Assembly (NCBI GenBank): GCA_041906765.1
Contig: JAYRIP010000004.1
Span: 68,223-132,222, forward strand
DNA: 64,000 bases
Reading direction: 5' to 3'
Source of the DNA: Candidatus Saccharimonadales bacterium
GTDB lineage: Bacteria; Patescibacteriota; Saccharimonadia; Saccharimonadales; JAYRRP01
The translations under genes and the position numbers were made by a program. Shown here piece after piece: positions 29,450 to 38,524 of the stretch (position 1 is its first letter; every line of letters starts with the position of its first letter). The notes under the pieces are model-generated. The model had not been told where the DNA came from. It saw only the letters and a list, made by a program, of their open reading frames with translations, and did not search any database.

Positions 29450-29484
29450 TGTCATCAATACTGCTCTATGCTAGATTGATGACA
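29450..29484. promoter_or_regulatory. 10-bp perfect inverted repeat TGTCATCAAT-N15-ATTGATGACA, candidate operator
   Basis: It lies about 28 nt upstream of the Ltp-like gene start and its RBS TAAGGAG. Confidence 0.3.
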
Positions 29485-29511
29485 CAGGTAAGCTGATAAG
29501 GAGTTATTACA

Positions 29512-30015
29512 ATGTCAGAAGGCAAGAAAAGTTGGTTTGCTCGGCATAAAATACTAACCGTCATCATTGCTCTTATTGCGATTGGGGCTGTAGCCACTGC
29601 AGCAGGCGGTGGTAAAACAAAAACCACTACCAGTAATAACACAAAGTCCAGCACCTCTAGTAAGACCGAGCCAGCAAAGACTGAAACCAAGGCACCAGAG
29701 CCGAGTGTACCAGCAGAGTATAAGTCCGCATTAGCTAAAGCCAAGCAGTATTCCGATACTATGCATATGTCAAAACAAGGTATTTATGATCAGCTAACTT
29801 CAGATTATGGAGAGAAGTTTAAGCCGGAAGCCGCACAGTACGCAGTAGATAATCTAAAAACTGACTACAATGCTAATGCTCTAGCTAAAGCTAAGGAATA
29901 TCAAAAGACGATGAACATGTCGCCAGCCGCTATTCACGACCAGCTAACATCTGCTGCTGGCGAAAAGTTCACGGCAGCAGAGGCGGATTATGCCATCGCT
30001 CATCTTAATCAGTAG
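29512..30015 (+). CDS. Ltp-family lipoprotein-like surface protein (two Ltp repeats)
   Basis: An N-terminal TM/lipo-anchor and a K/T-rich linker are followed by two repeats, ALAKAKQYSDTMHMSKQGIYDQLTS..GEKF and ALAKAKEYQKTMNMSPAAIHDQLTS..GEKF. Confidence 0.6.
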   Translation: MSEGKKSWFARHKILTVIIALIAIGAVATAAGGGKTKTTTSNNTKSSTSSKTEPAKTETKAPEPSVPAEYKSALAKAKQYSDTMHMSKQGIYDQLTSDYGEKFKPEAAQYAVDNLKTDYNANALAKAKEYQKTMNMSPAAIHDQLTSAAGEKFTAAEADYAIAHLNQ

Positions 30016-30067
30016 TGACTGATAAGAATAGGTGCCGGAATTAGCTCAGTATCTGCATGAACCTTAC

Positions 30068-30443
30068 TCAGCATCTAGTGGAATATGTTCGACTAGCATC
30101 GGTCTCAATAGCTGCTTCGATAAAGCTTCTAGATATGGGGTTTTTGAGCTCATACATAAAGCCCTCTTGCTCATTTGCAGTCGTTGCGTAAACTATACGG
30201 TCAAAGTGTGAGCCCATAGAGCACATGCAAAGCACATTGTGCAGGGTTCGTGACTCGCATAAAGTACAGCGCCATCAATGTGGTTGCTTCTGAGTGCAAC
30301 GAAAGGTCGTTAGTTTCATGGACGTGATTGTATTCGACAGAAATTATCTTGTTGTCTTTGACTACCACAGCACCAAAATTATATGGTTGTGGCATTTGGT
30401 TGCCGACCTCAATCGCCTTTGCAAGAAAATCTTGGTCTGTCAT
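30068..30443 (-). pseudogene. cytidine/deoxycytidylate deaminase-family (CDA fold, TadA/dCMP deaminase-like) gene disrupted by at least two frameshifts
   Basis: Frame A encodes MTDQDFLAKAIE..LHSEATTL, the H(A/S)E zinc motif. A second frame encodes DGAVLYASHEPCTMC, the PCxxC zinc motif. A third frame encodes SHFDRIVYATTANEQ.., the RIxxVVY segment. No single frame is intact. Confidence 0.45.
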
Positions 30444-30531
30444 AAGCTAATAATAACAAAAAGATACCGCCTCATTTCTTCTGTGATGCTTGTGCTCGAT
30501 GTAAAGTGTTTATTAATATTGTCAGTGGCTA

Positions 30532-31302
30532 TTAGAACCTTAATCTAGTGACTACTGGATAGTGATCTGTGAGGACATCGTTAAGTATCTGCATTGAAAC
30601 GAGTTTAAAGCCACTAAATATAACGTGGTCATACCTTCTTCCTTTAGGTGTGGTGGGTTCTTCAAGCGTTACTTCATTTACCTCGGCTCTAAATAGGTTT
30701 GGCAGAACATTAGCAAGCTGCCGGTAATCTAAGTTAAAGTCACCTTGAATAATAAAATCTTTACCTTCAACTCTTAACTTTCTCTGCATATCTTCCAAGA
30801 CTGGCTTTGCTGCTTCACTGAGCGGATCTACTTCAAAACGCCTGAAAGGAATTGCGTGGAGAGTTATTATAACAACTGGTTTGCCATCAATATTAAGCGT
30901 ACAAGTTGTAGCACCTTTATTGTGTGAGACAGCTTTGCCTCCATCCTCCCAATCTACTTCGTAATGGGGGTTTGTGAATAGCTGAAAAGAGTGATTTGTT
31001 ATCCTGGACCGCGAAATAACACCTTGTCCAAGTTTCTGCCCCGCTTCAACGTGTGAGCTTGCATAGAAATCACTCTCGTAATATTCCAGCCCAAGCGCTT
31101 TAGCGATTGTCTCTATTTGATTTGAAGTTTCATCGGAGTGGACCTCTTGCAGAGTGATAATGTCTGGAGAAAGTTTTTTTAGCGTCACAATAATATCCTC
31201 TAAACCATTAGTGTCGTATGAGGACATAAGATTAATATCACTGTCTGGATGTCTAATTTTGCCGCCACCTATATTCCACTGGACAGTTGTAATTTCAGTC
31301 AT
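30532..31302 (-). CDS. endonuclease/exonuclease/phosphatase (EEP) family protein
   Basis: DIITLQEV, GDFNLD and TDHYPV are EEP catalytic motifs. Confidence 0.75.
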   Translation of the reverse strand: MTEITTVQWNIGGGKIRHPDSDINLMSSYDTNGLEDIIVTLKKLSPDIITLQEVHSDETSNQIETIAKALGLEYYESDFYASSHVEAGQKLGQGVISRSRITNHSFQLFTNPHYEVDWEDGGKAVSHNKGATTCTLNIDGKPVVIITLHAIPFRRFEVDPLSEAAKPVLEDMQRKLRVEGKDFIIQGDFNLDYRQLANVLPNLFRAEVNEVTLEEPTTPKGRRYDHVIFSGFKLVSMQILNDVLTDHYPVVTRLRF

Positions 31303-31344
31303 ATACTAATCGTAACAAATTAGTACGGTCTAAGAGTGGTCTCT

Positions 31345-31560
31345 GCGGGATAGCGGACTTCGTCCTTTTCCGCTGTGGCGTGCTCGAAGCTAGCTTCTGC
31401 GCGCGTCCTCGCTCCACCGCACCCGCGTCACGTGTTCCATTCCACTGCGGGATGCGCTTCGCTTGCACGGACTTCGCTTATTCGGAACAAGACTCCTGCA
31501 CGCTCAGTCCTGTACGAACCCACCCTTCGGGTAACCGGGTTCGAATGCTCGTAGAGCAAT
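31345..31560. repeat. GC-rich noncoding region with degenerate tRNA-Glu 3'-end copies and internal palindromes
   Basis: CTGCGGGAT, the core of the tRNA-Glu T-arm/acceptor, occurs at 31353, 31445 and in the genuine tRNA at 31604. The copy at 31346 extends to TGGTctCTGCGGGAT. CGGACTTCG occurs twice. There is a palindrome CGAAGCTAGCTTCG and a T-loop-like GGGTTCGAATG. Confidence 0.3.
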
Positions 31561-31598
31561 CATGAAAACAGACCACCAGAAGGTGATCTGCTTTCATG
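31561..31598 (-). terminator. long imperfect hairpin (17 bp, 2 mismatches, loop AGAA) abutting the 3' end of tRNA-Glu
   Basis: CATGAAAACAGACCACC-AGAA-GGTGATCTGCTTTCATG. No clear U-tract follows, so it may be a processing or termination structure. Confidence 0.35.
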
Positions 31599-31673
31599 GT
31601 GACCCCTGCGGGATTTGAACCCGCGATCTTCAGGATGAGAACCTGATGTCCTGGACCACTAGACGAAGGGGCC
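31597..31673 (-). tRNA. tRNA-Glu (anticodon CUC)
   Basis: The reverse complement is GGCCCCT-TC-GTCTAGTGGTCCAGGAC-ATCAGG-TTCTCAT-CCTGA-AGATC-GCGGG-TTCAAAT-CCCGC-AGGGGTC-A-CCA. Confidence 0.85.
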
Positions 31674-31806
31674 TTCTAGCATATTCCAGCTAAGCGATAC
31701 TACCATGATTACAGGGGTGAGTCCAGTCGCTACCGGTATTTTGGATTTGCATACTAAAGCGCTAACCTGAGATAATAGCGTAAGCATTAAGACTAAAACG
31801 CATTAA

Positions 31807-33156
31807 ATGACAACTCTTATAATCTTAGGCGGGCTGATTGGTGTTTTGATTTGTGCAGCAGGCGTATTCTGGATTATCCGCAAACGGCATAAAGCAAAAA
31901 CCGGTAATAGCAGCTGGCTAGCCGAGCGGTTACAAACAGAAAAACTACAGTCTGATATCATCTTAAACGCCATTGAGGACGGTGTAGTGGTAATCGATGA
32001 ACAAAAGACCATTCGCCTCTTTAATCCGGCAGCCGCCCGGCTAACCGGCTGGAACCAAAGTGAGGCTATTGGGCTGGATTCGGCTAACGTATTACAACTT
32101 ATTGATGACAAAAATAAGCCTTATGATAAGGAACAGAACCTCTTTTACCATGTCTTGCAAAACGGCAAGACCGAGCGTGACAGCAACGCCATACTGCTGT
32201 CGCGCAATAAAAAACAGATCTCAATTAACTTAAGCGTGTCACCACTTCTCGATCAGCAACAGCAGATAAGTGGAGCGGTGGGAATTTTTCGTGATGTGAG
32301 CGAGGAACGCCAGCAAGAACGCCAGCGCGCCGAGTTCATCAGTACGGCAAGCCATGAAATGCGTACTCCCGTAGCTGCCATCGAAGGCTACCTGGCACTG
32401 GCTATGAACGACAAAGTCAGCCGTGTCGACAGCAAGGCTCGCGAATATCTTGAAAAAGCCCACAGCTCCACCCAACATCTAGGCAAGCTCTTCCAGGACC
32501 TGTTAACCAGCGCCAAGGCTGAAGACGGCCGTCTTAGCAACCATCCGGCACTATTGGAGATGGGAGCATTCATGGAACAGCTGGCAGAAGACCTGCGCTT
32601 TGCTGCTCAGAAAAAGGGCTTATTAATGGAATATATAATCGGGACCGGCAGCGGGGAACACGACGCTACCATCAACGCCGTTAATGAAGGATCGGGAAAA
32701 GTAATAAGTCCCCTTTATTATGTGCAGGTCGATCCTGACCGCATCAGAGAAGTCATCACCAACTTGTTTGATAATGCCGTAAAGTATACCGAGTCAGGAA
32801 AGATATCCATAGGGCTAACCGGCAATGACCAGATAGTCCAGTTTTATGTCAAAGATACTGGCGCCGGCATAAGCGCTGAAGATATACCCCATCTTTTCCA
32901 AAAATTTTATCGTGTTGACAATTCAGCCACTCGTGCCGTGGGTGGAACAGGCCTGGGGCTCTTTATCTGCCGTAAGATTGTCGAGCTATACAATGGGAGA
33001 ATTTGGGTTGAGAGCGAGCCCGATAAAGGGAGTACTTTTTTTATTAACTTGCCGAGGCTGAGTGCTCAAAAAGCCAACGAACTACAATCCACCCAAGCCC
33101 CCTCCATCGTTGATGCCCCCACCGAACCCGTCACTAGTACCCCACAGGCAAATTAA
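31807..33156 (+). CDS. sensor histidine kinase (TM anchor, PAS domain, HisKA, HATPase_c)
   Basis: H-box ISTASHEMRTPVAAIEGY, N-box NLFDNAVKYT, G1 VKDTGAGI and G2 GGTGLGL are present. An N-terminal TM and a PAS-like segment precede them. Confidence 0.85.
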   Translation: MTTLIILGGLIGVLICAAGVFWIIRKRHKAKTGNSSWLAERLQTEKLQSDIILNAIEDGVVVIDEQKTIRLFNPAAARLTGWNQSEAIGLDSANVLQLIDDKNKPYDKEQNLFYHVLQNGKTERDSNAILLSRNKKQISINLSVSPLLDQQQQISGAVGIFRDVSEERQQERQRAEFISTASHEMRTPVAAIEGYLALAMNDKVSRVDSKAREYLEKAHSSTQHLGKLFQDLLTSAKAEDGRLSNHPALLEMGAFMEQLAEDLRFAAQKKGLLMEYIIGTGSGEHDATINAVNEGSGKVISPLYYVQVDPDRIREVITNLFDNAVKYTESGKISIGLTGNDQIVQFYVKDTGAGISAEDIPHLFQKFYRVDNSATRAVGGTGLGLFICRKIVELYNGRIWVESEPDKGSTFFINLPRLSAQKANELQSTQAPSIVDAPTEPVTSTPQAN

Positions 33157-33211
33157 CATGGTACAATACGCATAAGCTCAAGCTTTATAAGAAAATACAG
33201 GATACATACGT

Positions 33212-34450
33212 ATGGCAAAAGTAATGCTGGTAGAAGATGATAACAATCTTCGTGAGATTTATGAAGCCCGCTTGCTTGCAGAAGGATATGAGATAATATC
33301 GGCCAAAGACGGCGAAGAGGCATTGGCTCTCGCGGTCAAAGAACGCCCAAACCTAATTATTTCTGACATTATGATGCCGAACATAAGTGGTTTTGATATG
33401 CTCGATATCTTGCGCAGTACCCCGGAAACGAAAAACACCAAAGTTATTATGATGACTGCCCTAAGCCAAGCTGAGGATAAAGTTCGGGCAAATAAGCTCG
33501 GGGCCGATCGCTACCTGGTAAAATCCCAAGTCACCCTTGAGGATGTCGTAAAGGTAGCAAAAGAAGTACTCGAGGGTACATCTGATACACCACCAACCGA
33601 TATTGCCGCTAGTATACCTCCTAGCCCCGCAGCGGCCAGCAAGGGCCCTGCACCATCTGCTGTCGAAAAACCCACCGAACCTGCTGGAGGTAATAAAAGT
33701 GAGCAAAAACCACCTCAGCCAGTGGAGGTGAGTACTCCCGAAACGCCCAAACAAGAGAAAGAAACCACAGCAGACAATACTTCAGGGGAGACAACAGGCA
33801 CCACACCTGTCGATACTACTCCCAAAAAGCCGCTGCAAAATGACCAACCAACTGCTACCGTTCCAACTCCTGCAGAACCAACTACAGCACCAAATAGCAA
33901 TCTTGAAGAGGATAATTCAACTGGTAATGATACTATCCAGACATTGCCTGTTGTCGAAGTAAATGAGAATTCCAGCGGCGATACTGCCAAGAATCAAACT
34001 GAAAATGCAGTAGCCGATAAGCAACCAACATCTAAGCCTGCCGAGAAGGCAACCAACGGTGACACCTCAAAAGAAACGGAAGGGCAGGACTCTAATCTTC
34101 CTGATGACATTGCTGCAACCACTACACCACCACCGCTACCCGAACCTGAAGTTGTGAAGCCAAACGAACACAATACGCCCATCAGTACTGCCTCAGAAAC
34201 TTCGTTGGACGAAGATGACAAGCCACCAACCGTCCTGCATACCAAAGTCATTAAGCCACTCAGCGACTTCAAAAAGCAAAAAACTGATTTTGAGGCACTC
34301 GTGGCAAAAGAAGAGGCAAAAGAAACCGGCGCTACTGCTGAACCAGTTGTCCAAGACGTTGAACCAGTAAAAGAAGGTGGTGAGGCGCCCTCACCACAGA
34401 CTATTACTCCCACGAATGAAAACGTCGACCCCAACTCAGTCGCACTCTAA
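33212..34450 (+). CDS. response regulator receiver domain fused to a long disordered P/T/E-rich tail, with no recognisable output domain
   Basis: The REC domain carries MLVEDD (acidic pocket), the phospho-acceptor in LIISDIMMP, conserved T in MMTA and K in KLGADRYLVK. It is followed by a roughly 290-aa low-complexity segment. Confidence 0.8.
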   Translation: MAKVMLVEDDNNLREIYEARLLAEGYEIISAKDGEEALALAVKERPNLIISDIMMPNISGFDMLDILRSTPETKNTKVIMMTALSQAEDKVRANKLGADRYLVKSQVTLEDVVKVAKEVLEGTSDTPPTDIAASIPPSPAAASKGPAPSAVEKPTEPAGGNKSEQKPPQPVEVSTPETPKQEKETTADNTSGETTGTTPVDTTPKKPLQNDQPTATVPTPAEPTTAPNSNLEEDNSTGNDTIQTLPVVEVNENSSGDTAKNQTENAVADKQPTSKPAEKATNGDTSKETEGQDSNLPDDIAATTTPPPLPEPEVVKPNEHNTPISTASETSLDEDDKPPTVLHTKVIKPLSDFKKQKTDFEALVAKEEAKETGATAEPVVQDVEPVKEGGEAPSPQTITPTNENVDPNSVAL

Positions 34451-34494
34451 ATAAAAACTTGAAACAGTTATAACTCACCTTTACGCTATAAGAC

Positions 34495-35142
34495 ATGCGT
34501 ATCAATCAGTTCATTGCTCTTGCTACCGGTTTATCACGGCGCCAGGCAGATATTCTTATCACCAAAGGCACCGTGCAGGTAAATGGCCACATAGCAACCC
34601 TCGGTACAAAGATTCAACCTGACGACCGAGTAACACTTCAGGACAAACACTTGCGTCCCCTAGAACATCTCACTATTCTTTTGCATAAACCAGTTGGCTA
34701 TGTATGCAGCCGAAATGGACAGGGAAGTCCAACGATATATGACTTGCTCCCCGGCAAACTCCACAACCTGAAGCCAGTTGGTAGACTCGATAAAGACTCA
34801 TCCGGACTGCTCCTTATGACAAATGACGGCGCGTTGGCACACCGCCTTACCCATCCGTCTACACATAAGGATAAAGTGTATGAGATAAAGCTGGAGCGCC
34901 CTCTGGCTGATAGCGACAAATTAAAAATACTGGAAGGGATAGAGTTTGAGGATGGCTTAAGCAAACTTGGACTTTCTGGAAAAAATAAGCTCTGGACCGT
35001 CACTATACACGAAGGCCGCAATCGACAAATCCGCCGCACCTTTGAAGCGCTTGGTTACAAGGTTATCAATCTCCACCGCATTCACTTTGCCGAATTTAAT
35101 TTAGATACCTTAGAAGTAGGTAAACTAAAAATTATCAGTTAA
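34495..35142 (+). CDS. pseudouridine synthase, RsuA/RluB family
   Basis: The N-terminal S4 domain RINQFIALATGLSRRQAD is followed by the catalytic motif VGRLDKDSSGLLLMTNDG. Confidence 0.8.
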   Translation: MRINQFIALATGLSRRQADILITKGTVQVNGHIATLGTKIQPDDRVTLQDKHLRPLEHLTILLHKPVGYVCSRNGQGSPTIYDLLPGKLHNLKPVGRLDKDSSGLLLMTNDGALAHRLTHPSTHKDKVYEIKLERPLADSDKLKILEGIEFEDGLSKLGLSGKNKLWTVTIHEGRNRQIRRTFEALGYKVINLHRIHFAEFNLDTLEVGKLKIIS

Positions 35143-35733
35143 AAGCGTTTCCTGATCAATCACTTCTTGTTGGGCGTCTTGCAAAGCCTTAAGGGCAATA
35201 TTTGGAGAATTTAAATTGGCGGGGAAATGTAGCAAAGCCATAGGTGAACCTGCCTTCACCTTTTTGTGCTTATGTACTCTCAGGATAGAAACAAGTGCAA
35301 ATGGTGCTTCCGATACTGCACACAGATATTCCACGCCCTCATCCTGAAATACATTCTCTCCAAGCTCCTGATAGACATTGCGCTTATGGTCGTTCCAGCG
35401 CGTTAATGCGTTACGTGAAAGTCGAAGACTTAAGATTCGGTCACGAACATTTGATACGTTTAATTCGCTTTCGGGTATGTTGGTCGAGGATACCGTAGCA
35501 AAGCGAATTCCAGCACCTACCTTATCAGTCAAATGGGGAACTCCACCAGGCCAATAAGAAGAGCCTGTTAGGGGCTGAAGGCTACAATCTTGATCAACGG
35601 TATCGTCAAACCCGGGCCCCGCTAGATACAAACTACTATACGAAATGTTATGGTATTGTTCCCAGCGAAATGCTGCATCTTGTACTTTAAGTACTTCATC
35701 GGGTGGCTCAATATATTCTCGAAACTCTGACAT
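35125..35733 (-). CDS. hypothetical protein
   Basis: A 202-aa ORF with normal GC content and no recognised motif. Confidence 0.35.
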   Translation of the reverse strand: MSEFREYIEPPDEVLKVQDAAFRWEQYHNISYSSLYLAGPGFDDTVDQDCSLQPLTGSSYWPGGVPHLTDKVGAGIRFATVSSTNIPESELNVSNVRDRILSLRLSRNALTRWNDHKRNVYQELGENVFQDEGVEYLCAVSEAPFALVSILRVHKHKKVKAGSPMALLHFPANLNSPNIALKALQDAQQEVIDQETLLTDNF

Positions 35734-35796
35734 AAAGTTACCATATTATATAAATGTCTATGTGTCAATTCTCATACCTCTGTTATAATACAGCCA

Positions 35797-37143
35797 ATGG
35801 CACAAAAAGTACCGATTGCAGCAATCGTGGGGCGGGCAAATGTAGGCAAGTCTACGTTATTCAATGCGGTTTTAAAAAGACGCGAAGCCATCGTCGCACG
35901 GGAGGCCGGTACAACACGCGACAGCCTCACTGCTAAAGCATCTTATAGAGGTAGTGATTTCTGGCTTGTGGATACTGCCGGTATGAAAGACCCCGAAGAT
36001 GACTTTGAATTGACTATTCAGGAGCAGATCGTGCAAGCGGCAGAGAGCGCTGATGTCATTATTGTAGTCGCACAAGCCAATACCGTATTGACCGAAGAGG
36101 ACAGACGGGTAGCTCGACTGGCGCTCAGGAGTAGCAAACCGGTACTGCTGGCCATCAATAAGGCAGACAAGGCTAAGCATGCGTCCTTCGACGAGTTTCG
36201 AAAGCTAGGCATTAAAACTATTGTGCCAACCAGCGCATTAAATAATAGCGGCATCATTGAACTGCTTGATCAGCTAGTAAAAATTATTCCACATACGAAA
36301 GTGAAAGAGGCGCCAGACCGTTTGAGACTGGCAATATTAGGCCGACCAAACGTCGGCAAATCCCAGCTTTTCAATACGCTGGCAAAAAAACAGCAGGCGA
36401 TAGTCGCCGATAGGGCAGGCACCACACGGGATATTAACCGAACAGTGGTACGCTTTGAGGGACGGGAATTAGAACTGCTGGATACCGCCGGAATTCGTCG
36501 TAGTGGCAAAATCGAGCCTGGCGTGGAGCGTTTCAGTGTTCTCAGGGCTCTTAGTGCAATCGAACAAGCCGATGTCTGCTTGCTGCTCATGGAGGTAAAC
36601 GAGCTGGGCGTACAACTCGACCAAAAAATTGCCGGACTTATTAAAGAAGCTGGCAAAGGGCTCATATTAGTAGTAAGCAAGTGGGACAGCTATGAGGACA
36701 AAACCGCTCATTCACGTGATTATCTGGCTGTCCAGATTAAGCAAAATTACGCTTTTGTACCTTGGGCACCCTTGGTATTTACCAGTTCTATAACTGGCCA
36801 AAATGTCACCAAGTTATTTGAAATAGCACTTGACATCGACAAACGCCGACATACTTATATTCCTACCAGCGAATTAAACCGCTGGCTTAAAACGGTGCTC
36901 CTGGACCATCCGCCTGCCGGGCTGAAAAACCGCAACCCCAGACTCAACTATATAGTGCAGGAAAATGATAATCCGACACCGACCTTCAAAGTATATGGTA
37001 CCCATTCCCGTCTCCTGCACTGGAGTTACAAAAGGTACCTGGACCGACGTTTGCGTGAAGCGTATGATTTTAGCGGCACTCCACTTGTATTTTGGTTCTT
37101 TGATAAGAGCGGAAAAACTCCATCACCAGGAAAGGATAATTAG
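35797..37143 (+). CDS. der: ribosome-associated GTPase Der (EngA), tandem GTPase domains plus KH-like domain
   Basis: Two G1 motifs, GRANVGKST and GRPNVGKSQ, with DTAG and NKAD/SKWD motifs. Confidence 0.9.
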   Translation: MAQKVPIAAIVGRANVGKSTLFNAVLKRREAIVAREAGTTRDSLTAKASYRGSDFWLVDTAGMKDPEDDFELTIQEQIVQAAESADVIIVVAQANTVLTEEDRRVARLALRSSKPVLLAINKADKAKHASFDEFRKLGIKTIVPTSALNNSGIIELLDQLVKIIPHTKVKEAPDRLRLAILGRPNVGKSQLFNTLAKKQQAIVADRAGTTRDINRTVVRFEGRELELLDTAGIRRSGKIEPGVERFSVLRALSAIEQADVCLLLMEVNELGVQLDQKIAGLIKEAGKGLILVVSKWDSYEDKTAHSRDYLAVQIKQNYAFVPWAPLVFTSSITGQNVTKLFEIALDIDKRRHTYIPTSELNRWLKTVLLDHPPAGLKNRNPRLNYIVQENDNPTPTFKVYGTHSRLLHWSYKRYLDRRLREAYDFSGTPLVFWFFDKSGKTPSPGKDN

Positions 37144-37148
37144 ACCGC

Positions 37149-37793
37149 ATGGGACTGTTTACCAAAAAGCCAGTCAGCCAGTCAGCCGACCAGCCACTCT
37201 ACACACTTACCAACCAAGAAACGCTGCTGTTTGTGGGTTTAGGCAATCCCGGTCCGGATTACGAAGGCACAAGGCATAATATTGGCTTCGCATGCCTGGA
37301 CCACTTCATCGACTCTCACAAAGAGATGGATAAATGGCATCACAAGCCAACCTTAAAGTGTACACTGACAAGCGGAACATTCGGCTCAACTCGTGTGTTA
37401 GCCATTAAGCCTACCACCTATATGAATTTAAGCGGACAGGCAGTACATGCTGTACAGAAATTTTACAAACTACGTCCCTCACAAATCTATTTAATCCATG
37501 ATGAACTCGATATAACTTTTGGGCTTATAAGAACAAGATTCGGCGGTAGTTCGGCCGGACACAATGGTGTCCAATCAATTATTGACCAAGCCGGAGATAA
37601 ATCTAATCGTATTCGGATCGGTATCAAAAATCCCTTGCTGCAAAAAACCGACAGCGCACAATTCGTGCTCAAACGATTTGCCGATGTCGAAAGAAAATAC
37701 CTGCCAGCACTGCTTAAAGAGATTGACAGTATCTTGGTGGAATGTATCTATAGCCACAAGCTGCCAACCGATACGCGCCAATTTATTGTATAG
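37149..37793 (+). CDS. pth: peptidyl-tRNA hydrolase
   Basis: VGLGNPGPDYEGTRHNIGF and the catalytic His/Asp context are present. About 25 aa at the N-terminus are extra relative to typical Pth, so the start is uncertain. Confidence 0.85.
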   Translation: MGLFTKKPVSQSADQPLYTLTNQETLLFVGLGNPGPDYEGTRHNIGFACLDHFIDSHKEMDKWHHKPTLKCTLTSGTFGSTRVLAIKPTTYMNLSGQAVHAVQKFYKLRPSQIYLIHDELDITFGLIRTRFGGSSAGHNGVQSIIDQAGDKSNRIRIGIKNPLLQKTDSAQFVLKRFADVERKYLPALLKEIDSILVECIYSHKLPTDTRQFIV

Positions 37794-37858
37794 GCCTTTC
37801 AACCTGTGACGCTGCATAATTCATTGCTATACTGAAGAAGAATAAATAGGAGGACGGG

Positions 37859-38521
37859 ATGAAAAAAGTAGCCATCGGCGTGATAGTGGCTATAGTGGTA
37901 ATTGGTGCAGTTTTATGGGTACTAACGAGTCGAAAGGACAAAAATACTTCTCAGAACACACAGAGCGCACAAAGTCAGCAGCAAACACCGTCCGCATCGA
38001 CAGATAATTTTAATCCTCAGCCACTTGATAATATGGACTTTACCGCAACGCTTACCACGACGACACCGAATGGCGGCAGCGTCAACGCCAGCGTGGAATA
38101 CGATAAAGACACGAACGCCTGGCACTACAGCGGACAAAGTAACGGTTCTACCATTGAGGCTATCTACGCTCCCGATGCATACTACCTAAAAATGAACGAG
38201 AGCTGGATGAAATTGCCCCTTACACAAGCTTCCCAGTCATTTAATCCCAGCCAATATAAGTACGACCAAGCCAGCCTAAAAGATTTCCAGAATAAAGTAC
38301 AAAACAAAGGTACCGGAGAGTGCCCAGCCGGCACCTGCCAAATTTGGGAGATAACAGATTATCAAAGCAACGACAAAATTACGTTTTTTGTCGACAAAAA
38401 GACCAATCGGATCAGTCAGATTGTGACCGAAGCAGCCGGCGGCAAAAACACTATCACTTATTCATACAAAGACGCCTCTGTTCAAATTCCGGAGAATGCA
38501 ACCGTTGCGCCGGGTGCATAA
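37859..38521 (+). CDS. hypothetical membrane-anchored secreted protein
   Basis: A signal-anchor TM is followed by a Q/S-rich linker and a roughly 150-aa beta-rich domain with one Cys pair. Confidence 0.4.
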   Translation: MKKVAIGVIVAIVVIGAVLWVLTSRKDKNTSQNTQSAQSQQQTPSASTDNFNPQPLDNMDFTATLTTTTPNGGSVNASVEYDKDTNAWHYSGQSNGSTIEAIYAPDAYYLKMNESWMKLPLTQASQSFNPSQYKYDQASLKDFQNKVQNKGTGECPAGTCQIWEITDYQSNDKITFFVDKKTNRISQIVTEAAGGKNTITYSYKDASVQIPENATVAPGA

Positions 38522-38524
38522 GAA

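Noticed and set aside
31320-31560. Possible RNase P RNA, tmRNA or SRP RNA in the GC-rich block next to tRNA-Glu
   Set aside because: Segments resembling RNase P motifs (CGAAGUCCG, GGUGCGGUGGAGCG, GAACCCGGUUACC) occur in the wrong order and with no complementary P4 partner on either strand. No tmRNA tag frame or CCA-terminated tRNA-like domain was found, and no SRP domain IV GGAA..AGCAG. The resemblance is better explained by tRNA-Glu-derived fragments.
35754-36257. Minus-strand ORFs inside der, and similar antisense ORFs inside topA, gltX, tgt and ftsI
   Set aside because: They are fully embedded antisense to high-confidence conserved genes and have biased or low-complexity composition.
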